Notes: generated by a model not told the origin, from the sequence alone. DNA of 61,639 nt, filler included, from Circinaria calcarea (GCA_051942165.1; 23 parts of 23 records of this genome joined end to end with filler, not necessarily neighbours in it), one strand, 5' to 3'. Numbered from the whole stretch's first letter, positions 11,438-24,459 are shown. Program-made: numbers and translations.

Positions 11438-13516
11438 GATTGTGAGATGCGTTTTAGGAATCCCATGGCGGTACCTGCATGTTTATTACCGGGTTTGATG
11501 GGGTGGGGATGTCCAGCGTGCTGTATCATCGTATGCAGGTACCTTAGTCCCTGTAGCACTCTGATTGGGCTCGCTTAAATCAGCAGCCCCAGTGAGATTC
11601 GGGGTATCAAATCCGCTTTCTTTCTTTTTCTTCGCAACTTTCTTCAAGTACTAAATGTCTCTAGAGTGCGCTTAAGCATTGGGAACTAGGTCCACACTCA
11701 TGACGAAACACAGTATCTTAGTTGTTGATATGGGAACATTACAGTCTATGGGCACTTTATTGCATGTGGATGCAACGGCCATAAAGAGCGCCCTTTGTCC
11801 TGAGTATCTCGCATGTCACTGTCTTTTGTCGTATATTCTCATAATGTATTTGTGTCATTCTTTTCATGTGTTAGATAGCGGAATAGTCTCATGTGTGACC
11901 CTATCACCTATTCTTGCCGATAATATCCTTCATTTGATTCGTCCTGCGTCAGAAGACAATGTTTCCTCTATCTATCATCTTCTCCTCGGCCCATCTCCCG
12001 GCGCTTATTTTACTACTAGTTTATGGAATGCTGTCTGGTTGACGCTGAATAGTGCACTTGACAAAGGACTACGGACTGTCTCAGACGCAGAGCCTGACCT
12101 TTCGTTCACAAGAAGACCGATGTAGATGATGGGAGATGCTTTCTTAAGCTAACTGGAGCTTTCGATGATGCCTCTATTCAGCATGAGAACTTACGAGTAG
12201 GGTCTGACAATACTTGTCTGCTCCTTAAGATCCCTCTACCCTCCCTTCTCAAGCTTCAAAACCTTATCTTCATCATCTCGATCTTATCACTTGCCTTTAT
12301 TTACGAAACCTAGAATCACAAAGAGTCCAGCAAGCTATCTCCGCAGGCGCGAATGGCAGAACAACAGACCCAATTCGCAGCACGAACCTGGCGATACTTT
12401 GGCAGCATCCTGCTCGCTATCTACTACATCATTTGGGCCTTTGCCATTTTGGTCAACTACACGACGATGATCACGCTCTCAATCGCCAGGACCTTGTTAC
12501 GTCTGGTATGAATTATTCTGTCGCTACAATTTGCCAAGGCTACTTTCTAATCCTCCTACGTCCACTATCAATAGGTCTAAACCTTTCTTAAACATCAATC
12601 ATCCTCGAAGTTTCCCGCATAGATGCCAGCGTCTATGCCACCTCCAGCTGCGCCACTCCACTTGCTGAAAGACCATCGCTGCAGGCATTCACATCGAATT
12701 TACGGCTTGCTATCTAATGCGGTTTACTTGTTCTTGCTTTAAGCTTTCCAGGAAAGTGGTTCCGAAACATGCACAGCAGACGAGCTTCTCCACTCACCGT
12801 TGCCCCCCATTCTTCTCCGGCTATTCTTTTGTTCAGCATCCTCTGTTCATTCCCAAAATTCGCACCCGTCCACCATCATATCATCATACCATTGCGAATT
12901 ATCCCTCGTCCTTGTCAATCCCGCTGCCCTGGCCTTATTTTTGGAAGGAACCTAGTCTGTCTGACCGAATGTGCCCTTTTTCGGCTACGGCTACGGACAA
13001 GTACACCTTGTTGGTTGGTTCTTTCCCCCCCCGGTCAATGCGGGACTAGAGAGATTTAAGAGTCACGTAACACCTAATTGCAAAACGAGCGATGATATCA
13101 ACGGGACGGACATTTTTGAGGGCTCGGGAGAATGTGAGCAGGAGGTGAAACTTCCTGAGAGTAAGGAGCATGCATAATCAATCACTTCGATACCACAATT
13201 CAGAAAATTCTTTACAAAAATCACACGGTTTCCTTTTGGGAAAAAAACGGCCAAATGTGAAGCCGGTCCAATTTGCCCTCTTTTATTTTCCAACTGCAAC
13301 CTGTAAAATCCCATGCACACAACGTCCCCACAATCTTTACGATGCCCCTTCAGATCCAATACTCAAAGTTTCAACTAGCGTCTGATTGTCCCAAACCCCC
13401 CNNNNNNNNNNNNNNNNNNNNNNNNNNNNNNNNNNNNNNNNNNNNTTAATTAATTAANNNNNNNNNNNNNNNNNNNNNNNNNNNNNNNNNNNNNNNNNNN
13501 NCAAGTTGCTCCCGAT

Positions 13517-15337
13517 ATGGAGAAAGAAGCCATGACCTCCGAGTCCACCAGGCGCACTCCAGATAAGGTCATTCTACACGCCAATAATGCCGATGAAGCC
13601 ATGAAAGCGTTTGCCGGCTCGGAAGGCGAGGTGCTGGTCTTGGACGAGGCGACGGGCAAGAGACTGCTGAGGAAGATTGACCTGCACTTGATGCCGGTCA
13701 GGAGCCCACTATCCTGGAGCCGTACAACTGGAGCTGAACGTCTGATAGCTGCTCTGTGTCATCTATGGCCTCAACTACCTTGATAGTACGTACCTGATCC
13801 ATCCACGTTTCAATCTTGCTTGTAACCTTGTTCCAAAGTCGCTGACCAATATGCCAGAAACCACGCTTTCTTACGCTAGTGTCATGGGGATCAGAAAGGA
13901 CATCGGACTGGTGAATGATGATTATCAATGGCTATCGAGCATGTTCTACTTTGGTGAGCACACTCTTCCCTCCACTCCAACCTCGGTAACCGGGTCTGAA
14001 ACGTTCGAGGTTATCTCGCTTGGGAGTATCCGACCACCAGGCTCCTGCAGCGCTTACCCTTGGCCAAGTACTCGTCCTTCTGCATTATCATGTGGGGACT
14101 AGTTCTCTGCTGCTTTGCCGGGGTGAAGAACTTCTCGGGAGCCATGGCTGTCCGATTCTTCCTCGGCGTCTTCGAGGCTGCTGTAACTCCGGGCTTTGCA
14201 CTGTTCACCTCGCAGGTAACACGATCCCTTCCGCGGAGGCAGCTCTCCAGTCTAACCGCCTCTAGTGGTACACTAAAAAGGAGCAAGGCACTCGCACGGG
14301 GATATGGTTCAGCTTCAATGGATTCGCGCAGATATTTGGCGGCTTGGTAGCTTATGGGATTGCAAGGGGCGCTCGTCTGCATGGATCATCGATTGCGCCG
14401 TGGAAAATCATCTTCCTCGTCACCGGCCTCTTAACTGTGGCTGTCGGTTGCATCTTTCTCTTCATCATGCCGGATAATCAACTCAATGCAAGATGGTTGA
14501 GCAAAGATGACAGAAAACTCGCCATCGAACGTGTCCGCGTAAACCAGCAAGGCATTGGAAACAAGCACTTCAAAGCTTACCAACTCAAAGAGGCACTGGC
14601 AGACCCGTTAACTTGGGCTTTCGCCTTTTATGCATTAACCGCAGATATTCCGAACGGAGGTATATCCAACTTCTTTTCTCAACTCATCGTCTCCTTTGGA
14701 TATACTGCCGAGGAGTCTCTTCTCTACGGTACGCCCGGGGGTGCTGTTGAGATCGTCGCTCTCATCGTCTGCGGTTTTCTCGGAGACCGCTACGGGCATC
14801 GAATCCTAATCAGTTGTTCCGGTCTAGTGATTTCTATACTTGGGATGCTGCTCATCGTGGCGCTTCCCCTGTCGAACAACGGAGGCCGGCTCGCGGGCTA
14901 TTACCTGACCCAAGCGAGCCCAACACCCTTTGTTGCTTTATTGTCACTGATCTCGAGCAACGTTGCTGGATACACCAAGAAGACTACCGTCGCCGCGCTC
15001 TACCTGATTGCTTACTGTGCTGGAAACATTATTGGTAAGTGTCCCGCCGCCGGGGGAGAGGGGGTGGGGGTGTCGAATGCGGTGCTAATCCTGGTACAAC
15101 ACAGGCCCGCAAACCTTTCGTCCCAAGGATATGCCTCGGTACAAGCCGGCCGAGATCACCATAATTTGCTGCTGGGGCGCTTGTTTAATTGACCTTGTCT
15201 TCATCTGGTGGTACTGCCAAAGTCAAAATAAGAGGAAGGCGGCCTTCAGAGCGCAGCCGACGTATAGGAAGCTGGATAACCAGGAATGGCTAGATCTCAC
15301 TGATCGGGAAAACCCCGAATTTGTCTACACCTTGTGA
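13517..15337 (+). CDS. MFS allantoate-permease family (Dal5-like) transporter, multi-exon, apparently complete
   Basis: RLLRKIDLHLMP, LNYLD(K/E)TTLSYASVMG, YQWLSSMFYFG, RFFLGVFEAAVTPGF, SNVAGYTKKTT, DLTDRENPEFVYTL*. Several short GT-AG introns, e.g. about 13697-13749 and 13787-13857. Confidence 0.88.
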
Positions 15338-16249
15338 TGTAGCTGAATAGCTTCAGTGCATGCTTTGACAGATGGAAATTCTCCTAGCACATGTCGTGAC
15401 GGAACACCTGTTCTTCCCCGTTCTGGATTTCCATTACAACGGGACCATCGATTTAGCGGTGGCACTTGCATCCACGTTTCCGATCGACGAGGACTACCTT
15501 CTTGCAACCGCTTCGAAGGGGGACTTGGAAAATGCACCTATTCTCGGCCGAATGGCCTAGTAGGAAGCTGGCCGAGCAAGATGCAAGTGTAAGGAAACGG
15601 TGTGAACCGAGGTATATGACTAGGCCAAGTGCAGGTAATTAAGGCAGGCAATGGATGACCAGCACTCCGGCATTTTGGCCTTGAAACCATTTGGCGCTAT
15701 GGTAGCTCAGATCCCGATTAGAGAGTCAGAAATATTCGTTCGCCACATAGTAATATCTATCCATACCACCCTTTCTAATCTTCTTCTGTGATGGTGCAGT
15801 TCACTGCTCTCGGCTCATGCCCTTACCCGTCTCCTTCCCACATCTCTAAGCACACATCATTCCAAGCACCCTTCTCTTAAACATTCCAACTAGTAGGCAA
15901 CCGGCGGTATACTATATCGAGCCCTAGATTGACAATTCGACATTATTACTGGGAAAGTCCAGTGGAACTGTTCTTGAATAGCAGAACACTATCGGTGCTT
16001 CCACACCTTGCATCTACTTTTTCGATTGTTCACACCGCTATGATAACAGCGCCCGCAATTCAGTTTTCAATCAGGTTTCAGAGGAAAATAATAANNNNNN
16101 NNNNNNNNNNNNNNNNNNNNNNNNNNNNNNNNNNNNNNTTAATTAATTAANNNNNNNNNNNNNNNNNNNNNNNNNNNNNNNNNNNNNNNNNNNNTTGGTT
16201 AGTTTGTACCTCTTCCGCCCAGGCCCACCATAACTAAATTCTATGTTAG

Positions 16250-16665
16250 GAGAAATATACAACTCCCTTGCCGGTATATACATGCTCGGCGGAATGGCAA
16301 CCCGGACACCTGGCGACTACTACCGAATCGATCCAACTACCGGAAATCCCACCTCAAAGCCCCTCCGCAATACGAACGAGTACGTTCATCCTTCGGTCCG
16401 CTCCCGTGTTTGTCTCGATGGACCCGGCTATGATGATAACGGTTATTACGATCCCAAGGCTATGAGAGACTACAAGCTTCGAGATGAACCACTTGACGCC
16501 GAAGGGAAGCCGCAGCTCGTGTGTTGGGAATCTCGTTCCCGGTTCAGGAATAAGACCAGGAGAATTTTGCCTGAGAGCCCATTATGGGAGACGGAGCGAA
16601 AATTACTGAGCATGAGCCCGAAGATATACGCATACCTTTTAGGTGATCAAAGACGGCCGCACTGA
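16250..16665 (+). CDS. Last exon of a probable DUF2235 (Tle1-like alpha/beta hydrolase) family protein
   Basis: Follows an intron at about 16198-16249. GEIYNSLAGIY...RTPGDYYRIDPTTG...PLRNTNEYVHPSVRSR resembles the conserved tail of fungal DUF2235 proteins (from recall). Confidence 0.55.
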
Positions 16666-17979
16666 TGACAGATGCGCCCGTCCTGAAGCAACTATAAGGC
16701 TATAAATACCATCAACGTCAAGACCTTTCGAGTCTTTTAGGACACTTGTTCATCGCACACTACGCTCGGGCTTCAACGCGTGCATTCGACTACACAAAGC
16801 CCACCTACGAACCTAGAAGGGACTATTCGCCTCCTTTAGGTTGTCCTCACGAAAGTTTCGACCGGGCGGCGGCAGAATCACACATACCCACCAAAACATA
16901 AAGGTATCGTGGAAGTCCTGTATCATCCACAGGATTAAAAATACCAGGCTAACAATCATCAGCGCTTCTCGACTAGATGATACGTCGATGGACGATGTCG
17001 AGGACTGGGAAGAAATGGATTGGGGGGTTCTTCCATTACACGCCTAGCTACTTGGAGGATACGCACGATAGGTGAAGATAATTGTATGCGAGTTGTATCA
17101 TCGCTGGACTTTTGAGCTAGACGTAGTCACCTGGGCTGGATCGATACTCATGCGCAATCAGTTCGTTCATGGAACTCGCCTGTAATTACCTTGGCTATAT
17201 CGTTGGAGAGCAAAAAGCCGAGTCCCAACTCATTAACTGGCCGCGAAACTCATTCTGCGTACCTACCTTGATCCCCCTCCGCTTTCCTCTCCTTCCTAGC
17301 ACGCTTTTCTTTCCACCTTCTTTTTCAGTCTCTTATACGCATCAGTAAGATCCTTTTACTCTTCTTCCTCCCTAAGTCTTAGCTGAGTGTCATACGAAGG
17401 AAGGAGCAGAGGTTAGCTGGCTAACCAAGGCCTTCGGGCCTTAAAGCCTGCCTTCGGGCATAGATAGCATCAATCAATTCTTTGACCTCATTTTGACGCG
17501 TGCACCCTCCTGTCACACTGAGGATGAGGGGAATGAGGGGGTAGTCGACGTGGTTGTTGGATCAGACAGATCATTCTCAGAGAAGGTGCGATCCACCACG
17601 GATGGCTTAGAGCAATCAGATGCATCGTCATCATCTATAACTTCTTTCTTACTTTTAGAGCCGAAAAATTGTCCCATAGCCTTTTTCGCTCTGGCACTAG
17701 TTTGCCTTAGGCTATACTTTTGCTTTTGTGGTGGAGCCAAGGCGACTAGTGACTGGGCGCGCATATAGGATGGGCAGGCAGGCATGGAGGATTTATATAC
17801 ACATACACACTCTTTACACACATATAGCAGAGCAGCATAGCAGTCAGAAATACGATACTAAAACCCGTCCTGATATCCTTTCTATATGTGTATTATACTG
17901 TAGTAGTCAGTTCATGCCATATACCCTCTGATTCTTCGCTATTCAGGCTTCCACTACCCATACTCGACAGCGTCTTTGC

Positions 17980-18786
17980 CTATACCATAGGAGCATAGCG
18001 GAGCACCCTATATCCTTCACACTTTGTGCTGGGTTTTTCGATGCCTTCCCTGTTTTCCAAAGTTACAGGCCTAGAATCCCTAAAGCGCAGGCGCATCGAA
18101 ATGTCTGGAGAGCTGATATAGTCAACGAAACGTTATGCGGATATTTCTAGAAGCAGGTTCCAACCGGTCACGGGTAGTGAGACCAAGAGAAGAGTAGAAT
18201 TACTGGCGAATGCGGCTTCGATATTCACATAAACACTAATACCTCTAATGCCTTGGGGGGTTCCCGATGTAAGCCATTTGACCCACGATTCAACATCCGA
18301 TGGATTCGCAACATGCTCCAAGGACACTGCAAGTAGCACGCATGGCTCTTGTGTTGATGGAGACATAGACGGAGTCGTAGGCGCCGTTATGATTTCGTCA
18401 TCTGAAGATGACAATTCTCCATTTCCCAGTAAGCTATCAGCTCTATCAGGATCGTTGGGGATTTGGCTAGAGATGTCGGTTGATAAAGGTAATGCAAATG
18501 GTGCTATTCTAATAGAGGGATGGTTTTCATCGGAGATGAAGGCGTGAATAGGCGTATTTCGTAGCTTTGCTCTTTCCTTGATAAGCCGAGTATGTAATTG
18601 CGCGACGGTGAAAGGATTAGATCCGAACGACGATAATTCCTCCACCAAGACCCTGGTGAAGCTATAATCACATACGGGACTTGTTTCGTACTCTCTTCCA
18701 CAAGCAGCAAGAAGCTCGGTGGTACCATCTGGGGCGCTTCGAGCAGCACTAGCCGCATAGCAGCAGTCAAAAATGAGGAAAATATC
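17980..18786 (-). pseudogene. Fungal caspase-like (peptidase C14-like fold) protein fragment with a probable premature TAA at 18133-18135
   Basis: Open from the contig edge: DIFLIFDCCYAA...TELLAACG...SFTRVLVEEL...TVAQLHTRL...TPIH, then STLLLVSLPVTGWNLLLEISA*RFVDYISS. The frame stays open past the stop to 17980. Confidence 0.5.
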
Positions 18787-18886
18787 NNNNNNNNNNNNNN
18801 NNNNNNNNNNNNNNNNNNNNNNNNNNNNNNTTAATTAATTAANNNNNNNNNNNNNNNNNNNNNNNNNNNNNNNNNNNNNNNNNNNN

Positions 18887-21474
18887 TCCGAGTCCCCTTC
18901 ATCGTAGGAAGAGGGGCGATATCTCCGGCCTTGGGAGCGCCTGGAGTTATGGGGCATTTGCCCTCCCTTATAGGGTCGGACCCCATTCCGGTGTGGATCC
19001 GGCACCGCAGTCTCGTCAAAACTCGCCTGGGAGACAGTCTGTACGGTGTTGGTGGTGGGGTCGTAGAGTTGGATTAGATGGGGCTCATCTCGTTCAAAGC
19101 CCACAAACCTCAACCTTCGAGAGCGTGATTGCAGCTTCGTTAGTTTCTTGGTTCGTTGATACTCAGCAGTCTGAAATGCCCAGGCAACACAGCCAAATTG
19201 TTTCTGGTAAGATAGATCCGGCTTTTCCTTCTTTAACGCCTCATAGGGAGTGATCTTCCCTTTCAGGGCGCGAGATGGGGCGCGGTTTTTTACCCAGTTA
19301 CTTTGGTAGATGGCATAGGGCCACAGCTGCTTGGGGAGTCTCGAATCAATCATGAATGAAGAAGCGAGTTCTCGAATAGTGCGGTTAAGGCGTTCCGCTA
19401 CACCTATCTGATGGTGGGAGTAAGAGGCGGTGCCTTCCCAGACGATATTGCGCTCTCGGAGCGCCTGTACCACGAGTGATTCCCCGTCAAAGGCCCTATC
19501 TCGATCTGAGCGGACCCTGACGAGGGTGATCTCTTCGGTGGCGGCGATCTCATCAAGCCACTGTGGAAGCCATTGGTTAGCCGGTAAGCCCAGAGGCATC
19601 ACTCGGACCCATGAATAGCGGGTGGCATCATCTGTTAGCGAGGCAAACTTCCTCTCTCCGTTAAGTCCCTCAACGGGATATGGTCCCCAGAAGTCAAAAT
19701 GTAGAAGCTGCCCCGGTTCACGAAAGCGCCGGGTAGCAGGTTCTCGATTGCGTCTATGGACAGGTCTAGCTTGTTCACATATCGGGCATAACCCGCTCAT
19801 CCTCCAAGCCATTTCCTCCTCCGTTAAGCCTAGAGACTCGTTCTGTTCCGCCAAGATCCTTAAATTGTCGAAGCCCAGGTGCCCTAGGCGCCGGTGCCAC
19901 CGGTAAAGTGGTTCGGCTGGATCAAACAGAGTCCCTACAAAAGCAGGCTTAACGAAAGGAGTGGCTTGAAGGTGAGATGTGACTGACCTTGCAGTGCTTG
20001 CTTGTTGCAAGTGGTAGAGACCGTTGATTCTTGGGCCTGCATGGAATACGTTTTTTGTTCCATTAAGCATACGGCTCAGATATCCGCGGTCTTCGAGGTT
20101 GGTGGCAATCTTCGAAGCTTCATAGGCCCGAGATGCAGAGAATAGGGAGAAATGGGCGTCGGGACAGTGAGCGACATCGTTAAGGGTCATCTTCAATCTT
20201 TCTCCTTTAGGGGTGGTGATATACATCACCACTGTCCCGCCACCTGCAATATCCAATGTCATATCCTTTCCGGCGCATCCTAGCGTTCTGTTTGATAAAG
20301 CGACGTAACTATCATCGGTAAACCAGGCTCGATCATTAGCGATATGGCAGTTGGAGCCAGAATCGATGAGCCAAAGGTTTAGGCCGTCAGTTAAAGCGTG
20401 GTCGCTGTCTGTACCGTAGCTAGTCATGATAAGTGGGCTGAGTAGACTATAGTCTACGCGGTCCCGCGCAACGAGGTTGGCCGATAGGGCAGATTGTTTG
20501 ATTTGCAGATTGGCAGTTTGGGCCCCCTTTAACTGTTGAGTCTGTCGGAGTGTGGTCTGAAACGCCTTAAAGTCGAGCTCTGTAGCTGCGACGATCCCTT
20601 TATTCTTCTTTTTCGATTTGCTCTCTTTATTATCTCGGTCGTCATTTTCCAGGGTTGTGATAGCTATTACACCCTCTGAATCATCCCCATCTTTCTCTAG
20701 ACTCTCTCTCTCCTTGTGTTCCGCGTTCTTTTTCCGAAATCGGTCACGTTGCTGTTCGGGCGCCTTCTCAGGGTACAAGATATAGCAGGTTGATTGGTTG
20801 TGACCCTTCTTACCGCAGATCTTACAGGCTGGCCGGTTGTCTGGCCTGCCTTGTTTGTTCTGGTTAGAAGATTCAACCACATTGGCCTGTTTGCCCCTGG
20901 AAGGCTGATGCACGGTGTCAAAGGTGAGAACAAGCTTTTCTAGCTGTTCAAGGGTCAATTCCTGATTGGCGTTTGCCCCTGTGGCGTAGAGATAGTTGTT
21001 TTTGAGAGCCTGGAAAGTGTCTGGGAGACCTTCCAGAATGACGACTTTCAACAAGAAGTCGCTGGGTTTCTCGCCTAAACTCTCAAGGTCTAAGGCGGTG
21101 CTGGTGAAACGGTTCAGGTACGTTTGGGCGCCTATAGAGGCGTCAAACTTGATGTGCTTGGTGAGATCATTGTACAACACAGTAAGCTGAGCTGTCTTTG
21201 TCATCTCACAGCGACCTTTCAACCAGATCCATGCCGCTGCAGGCGTGGATTGTTTGGTGATCCCCCCCTGTAGATTGCTATGAACAGCACTACAGAGGAA
21301 GCTAAAAGAATCTCGTTGGTCCTTATCCAGTTCCTTCCATTCTTTGTATTCAAATTTGTAGATCTGAAGGTCTGCGGCGTAGCGGCTTTGTCCCTCTCTG
21401 TCATCGGGGCTAGGAGTGCCTGTAGGTGGTGTAGGCATGCTAGCTCTCTCTGGTTGAACGGGGCGTACGGGTTT
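18887..21474 (-). mobile_element. Ty1/Copia LTR retrotransposon gag-pol, internal fragment with an uninterrupted ORF
   Basis: One frame spans the whole contig: zinc knuckle CKICGKKGHNQSTC, protease WLIDSGSNCHI, integrase HHCC (WHRRLGH...CPIC) and DDE (HFDFWGP / RSD / GVAERLNRTI), LPKQLWPYA, TPYEAL, FGCVAW. Protease followed by integrase is the Copia order. Confidence 0.95.
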
Positions 21475-21574
21475 NNNNNNNNNNNNNNNNNNNNNNNNNN
21501 NNNNNNNNNNNNNNNNNNTTAATTAATTAANNNNNNNNNNNNNNNNNNNNNNNNNNNNNNNNNNNNNNNNNNNN

Positions 21575-21935
21575 CGTAACGAGGTCTACGGCGCCGATGC
21601 GGATATCTATCGGCCAGAGAGATGGACGGAGGCGGATCCCGAACAGCATGCCCGCATGGACCGGGTCCTCGACCTCGTCTTTGGATACGGGCGCTGGGGA
21701 TGTCTCGGCAGAAACATTGCGGATATGGAGCTGAACAAGGTCTTTGTCGAGGTAAAATAGCCAATTGCGCCCCATCCCACCTCCGGTTTCTCATCTACTT
21801 TTCACAATCGCTGACCGAATGTAGCTTCTCCGCCGCTTCGACATGACTCTCCTCGATCCTACGTGCCCGTGGAAGTCCAAGAACTACAGTACCTTCTTGC
21901 AAAAGGATATGTTTGTCCGGGTTACGAGACGGTGA
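21575..21935 (+). CDS. Cytochrome P450, C-terminal two exons (missed by the ORF track)
   Basis: Manual translation: YGADADIYRPERW...FGYGRWGCLGRNIADMELNKVFVE, intron 21752-21824, then LLRRFDMTLLDP...VRVTRR*. It has the PERW motif and the heme motif FGxGxxxCxG. Confidence 0.9.
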
Positions 21936-23212
21936 ATGCCGTACTTGTACCGCATGAGTTTTTCTTTCTCCTTCAACTAAATACTTGGTCATACTACCTA
22001 CTTGAGCAGCTGTGGTAGCAGTAGCAGCTCCCGCCAGCCGAGAATCAATTCTACGATATATACGTGTATACATTTTTGCCTGCGAGTAACCCGCCAAGTT
22101 AGAACAGAGGCGTTTAAAGGTTTTTTTTTTTGGAGGCTGGGGAAATCGGACAGTTGGATTGCCCGTAGAATATCAACGTTTTTGACGAGAGAAGGCCGGG
22201 GGGAGGCTTGGGGAGGCTTGAATTGTTTCGGAAAGGAGTACCCAAGGTTACATACACATTAGAGGTTATGTATGCATTAGAGGAAAGGCGATCTCGGGTT
22301 TGGAACAAATACTTGTTTCGAATAAGGAAGCATGTTTACGTTTACGTTTACGGTTTCCCTTCCTTCCAGCCCTCGACCTCGACCTCGACTTCGACCTCGA
22401 CGCAAAAGACACTACTACTAGTACAAGGGCATGTATCTACCTATAGAGTAAGGGGATTAGAATCGGGACTTTGATCGCAATACCAACACTACCTTACACA
22501 TATATATATACACTTTTAAACATACCTAGACCGCTACACGAGTAAGCAGATTGAAGGGTGGGGATTTTTTATAGATCCTCTACCCACGATACGGAGTGTT
22601 TCACATTTTGCAGATTTTTGATCTCAAAGCCCTCGGCAAGCATCTTTCATTTTGTTCATCTAATGGCACTTTTTTTCCGGAGGGGGAAAAAAAAGGAGAT
22701 TTCCGAATCGATTATGTATGGGTCATGACAAACATTTCAACCGTACGTGTCCCCCCAAAACAAAAAGTTTCCCCGCCTGTTCTCCCCTTTCCCTAAAAGT
22801 CTCAATCTGTATCCAAATACAGAATCGAAAAGAAAAGAAGGAAAAAAAGTATCGACGAGAAGAACAAGGGGTTTTACATGAATCGATTGGTTTCGATACG
22901 ATGACAGGAGCGGACGCGGCTAAGTTCCCCGCTATGCAATTCGGCTGTACCAGACAGTGGACATGGCAGAAGAACACAACCGGGCGAGTTGATCGAGTGC
23001 ATCAGACAGATGCAAGCAGGTGTAAGACCCGCAAGAAGGAAGGATTTGAAGTGGAGGAATATGAGAAGGCAAGAGGTGAACCGAATAACACCCCGAACCT
23101 GCGTCCCCTTTGGCCATACCCCTGATGTGTGTTTTGAACCGCCCAAACGCCAGCATGGTTATGAAACAGAAAGGGGAGCATAATCTCGAGGCGACAGTGT
23201 CGACTAAATATT

Positions 23213-24160
23213 CTACATGCCGGAGGGGCCCGGGCTTAGGTTCGAGGGATCGATGGTCCCAAAGGACAACATGTGATGCATATCCATCTCCTCATTCAAA
23301 GGTTCTTCGTGCATCTGCATCCCCAAATCAGACACCTCGATCCCCGGTGAATGCATGGGCAGGTTGAGGTTTTGCTTTGAGTACATCTCGCTGAGCATCA
23401 AGCCATCGTCGGAGAGGTTCGAGTTGTGGTCTTGGGACATGGAGAGAAAATCGGCCGACGCACTTCGATGCAAATTGGATAAAGGAGGTGACTGGTTAGC
23501 AATAACTGGGTCACCATGACCCATGGCCGACAGTGGAGACACGGAAGGCTGAATCATATGTTGGTGTTCCGGCATGGGAGAAAGGTGGTAAGGCAGGTTG
23601 TATGATCCGTTGAAATGTGAAGGAGGTATAGGATCCATGTGGACACCAGAATTGAAGAAAGATGGACTTGCGTATTCGGATGGAGAAGTGGCGGTAGCTG
23701 ACATTGGATATTGCCTATAGTCTAAGCCGTAGCCGGTAGATGTATCAATTCGTAGATTTTGTCCAATGGGAGTGAGATTATTGTGGTGCTGCGGTATAGG
23801 TGCAAAGATACTTGGGTCGCTGAAATTCGTAGATGGACGCTGGACATGGAAAGATGGCATTGGCGATTGCAGCATTGAAAAGTCGATCGCTGCAGGCACC
23901 GACCTACTTCGTGTTCGCTTATGGCCGCGTGGTCCAGGATGTAAACCCACGCTGAAAGAATTATCGTTAAACATGGACATATGAGGATGTGTCATATTGT
24001 TTGGTTGGGAGGCTGGTCGATGTCCAATGGGTGAGACTGGTGCCGACGCGGCGACGATGTTGGTCTCGAACAGATCGTGGCGTGTCTGAAATGACTCGAG
24101 CGAAATCAACTTGGCAAGCTGACCACTCAACACCCTCGGGTCTCCGCCCAGGTGATGTAT
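23213..24160 (-). CDS. C-terminal part of a Phx1-like homeobox transcription factor (5'-partial)
   Basis: HHLGGDPRVLSGQLAKLISLESF, GHKRTRSRSVPAAIDF and NLRIDTS match recalled motifs of this Pezizomycotina family. The homeodomain itself is not on the contig. Confidence 0.65.
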   Translation of the reverse strand: MHHLGGDPRVLSGQLAKLISLESFQTRHDLFETNIVAASAPVSPIGHRPASQPNNMTHPHMSMFNDNSFSVGLHPGPRGHKRTRSRSVPAAIDFSMLQSPMPSFHVQRPSTNFSDPSIFAPIPQHHNNLTPIGQNLRIDTSTGYGLDYRQYPMSATATSPSEYASPSFFNSGVHMDPIPPSHFNGSYNLPYHLSPMPEHQHMIQPSVSPLSAMGHGDPVIANQSPPLSNLHRSASADFLSMSQDHNSNLSDDGLMLSEMYSKQNLNLPMHSPGIEVSDLGMQMHEEPLNEEMDMHHMLSFGTIDPSNLSPGPSGM

Positions 24161-24284
24161 NNNNNNNNNNNNNNNNNNNNNNNNNNNNNNNNNNNNNNNN
24201 NNNNTTAATTAATTAANNNNNNNNNNNNNNNNNNNNNNNNNNNNNNNNNNNNNNNNNNNNCCCCAAATTCTTTTTCTTATTAAA

Positions 24285-24400
24285 ATGGCTCAAATTGCTG
24301 CTCCGATGCAGCCTCTACGCATCGGAATGCAATGGCCGTCGTTGGGAGAGGCGAAATCGGCGGTAACATGCTGGGTTGTTGAACAAGGCGAGTCCTTTGA
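24285..24400 (+). mobile_element. Possible MULE/Mutator transposase N-terminal remnant
   Basis: PLRIGMQWPSLGEAKSAVTCWVVEQGESF resembles the MuDR N-terminal pattern (GM/Q.F.S...K.A). It is broken by a 31-bp duplication and an LTR insertion. Confidence 0.4.
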
Positions 24401-24459
24401 GGAACCAGTCAATGCACATTGTTTGGAAGCGAGTCCTTTGAGGAATCAGTCAATGCACA
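24388..24459 (+). repeat. 31-bp direct repeat, 2 copies
   Basis: gcgagtcctttgaggaa(c/t)cagtcaatgcaca at 24388-24418 and 24429-24459, with one C/T mismatch. Confidence 0.9.

Noticed and set aside
11679..13385. Hydrophobic ORF pieces (e.g. WRYFGSILLAIYYIIWAFAILV near 12390) suggesting a small membrane protein
   Set aside because: I could not build a consistent exon chain or recognise a family.
15692..15745. tRNA-like stretch (ggcgctatggtagctcag...cgcca)
   Set aside because: No T-arm GTTCRA and no consistent cloverleaf could be drawn.
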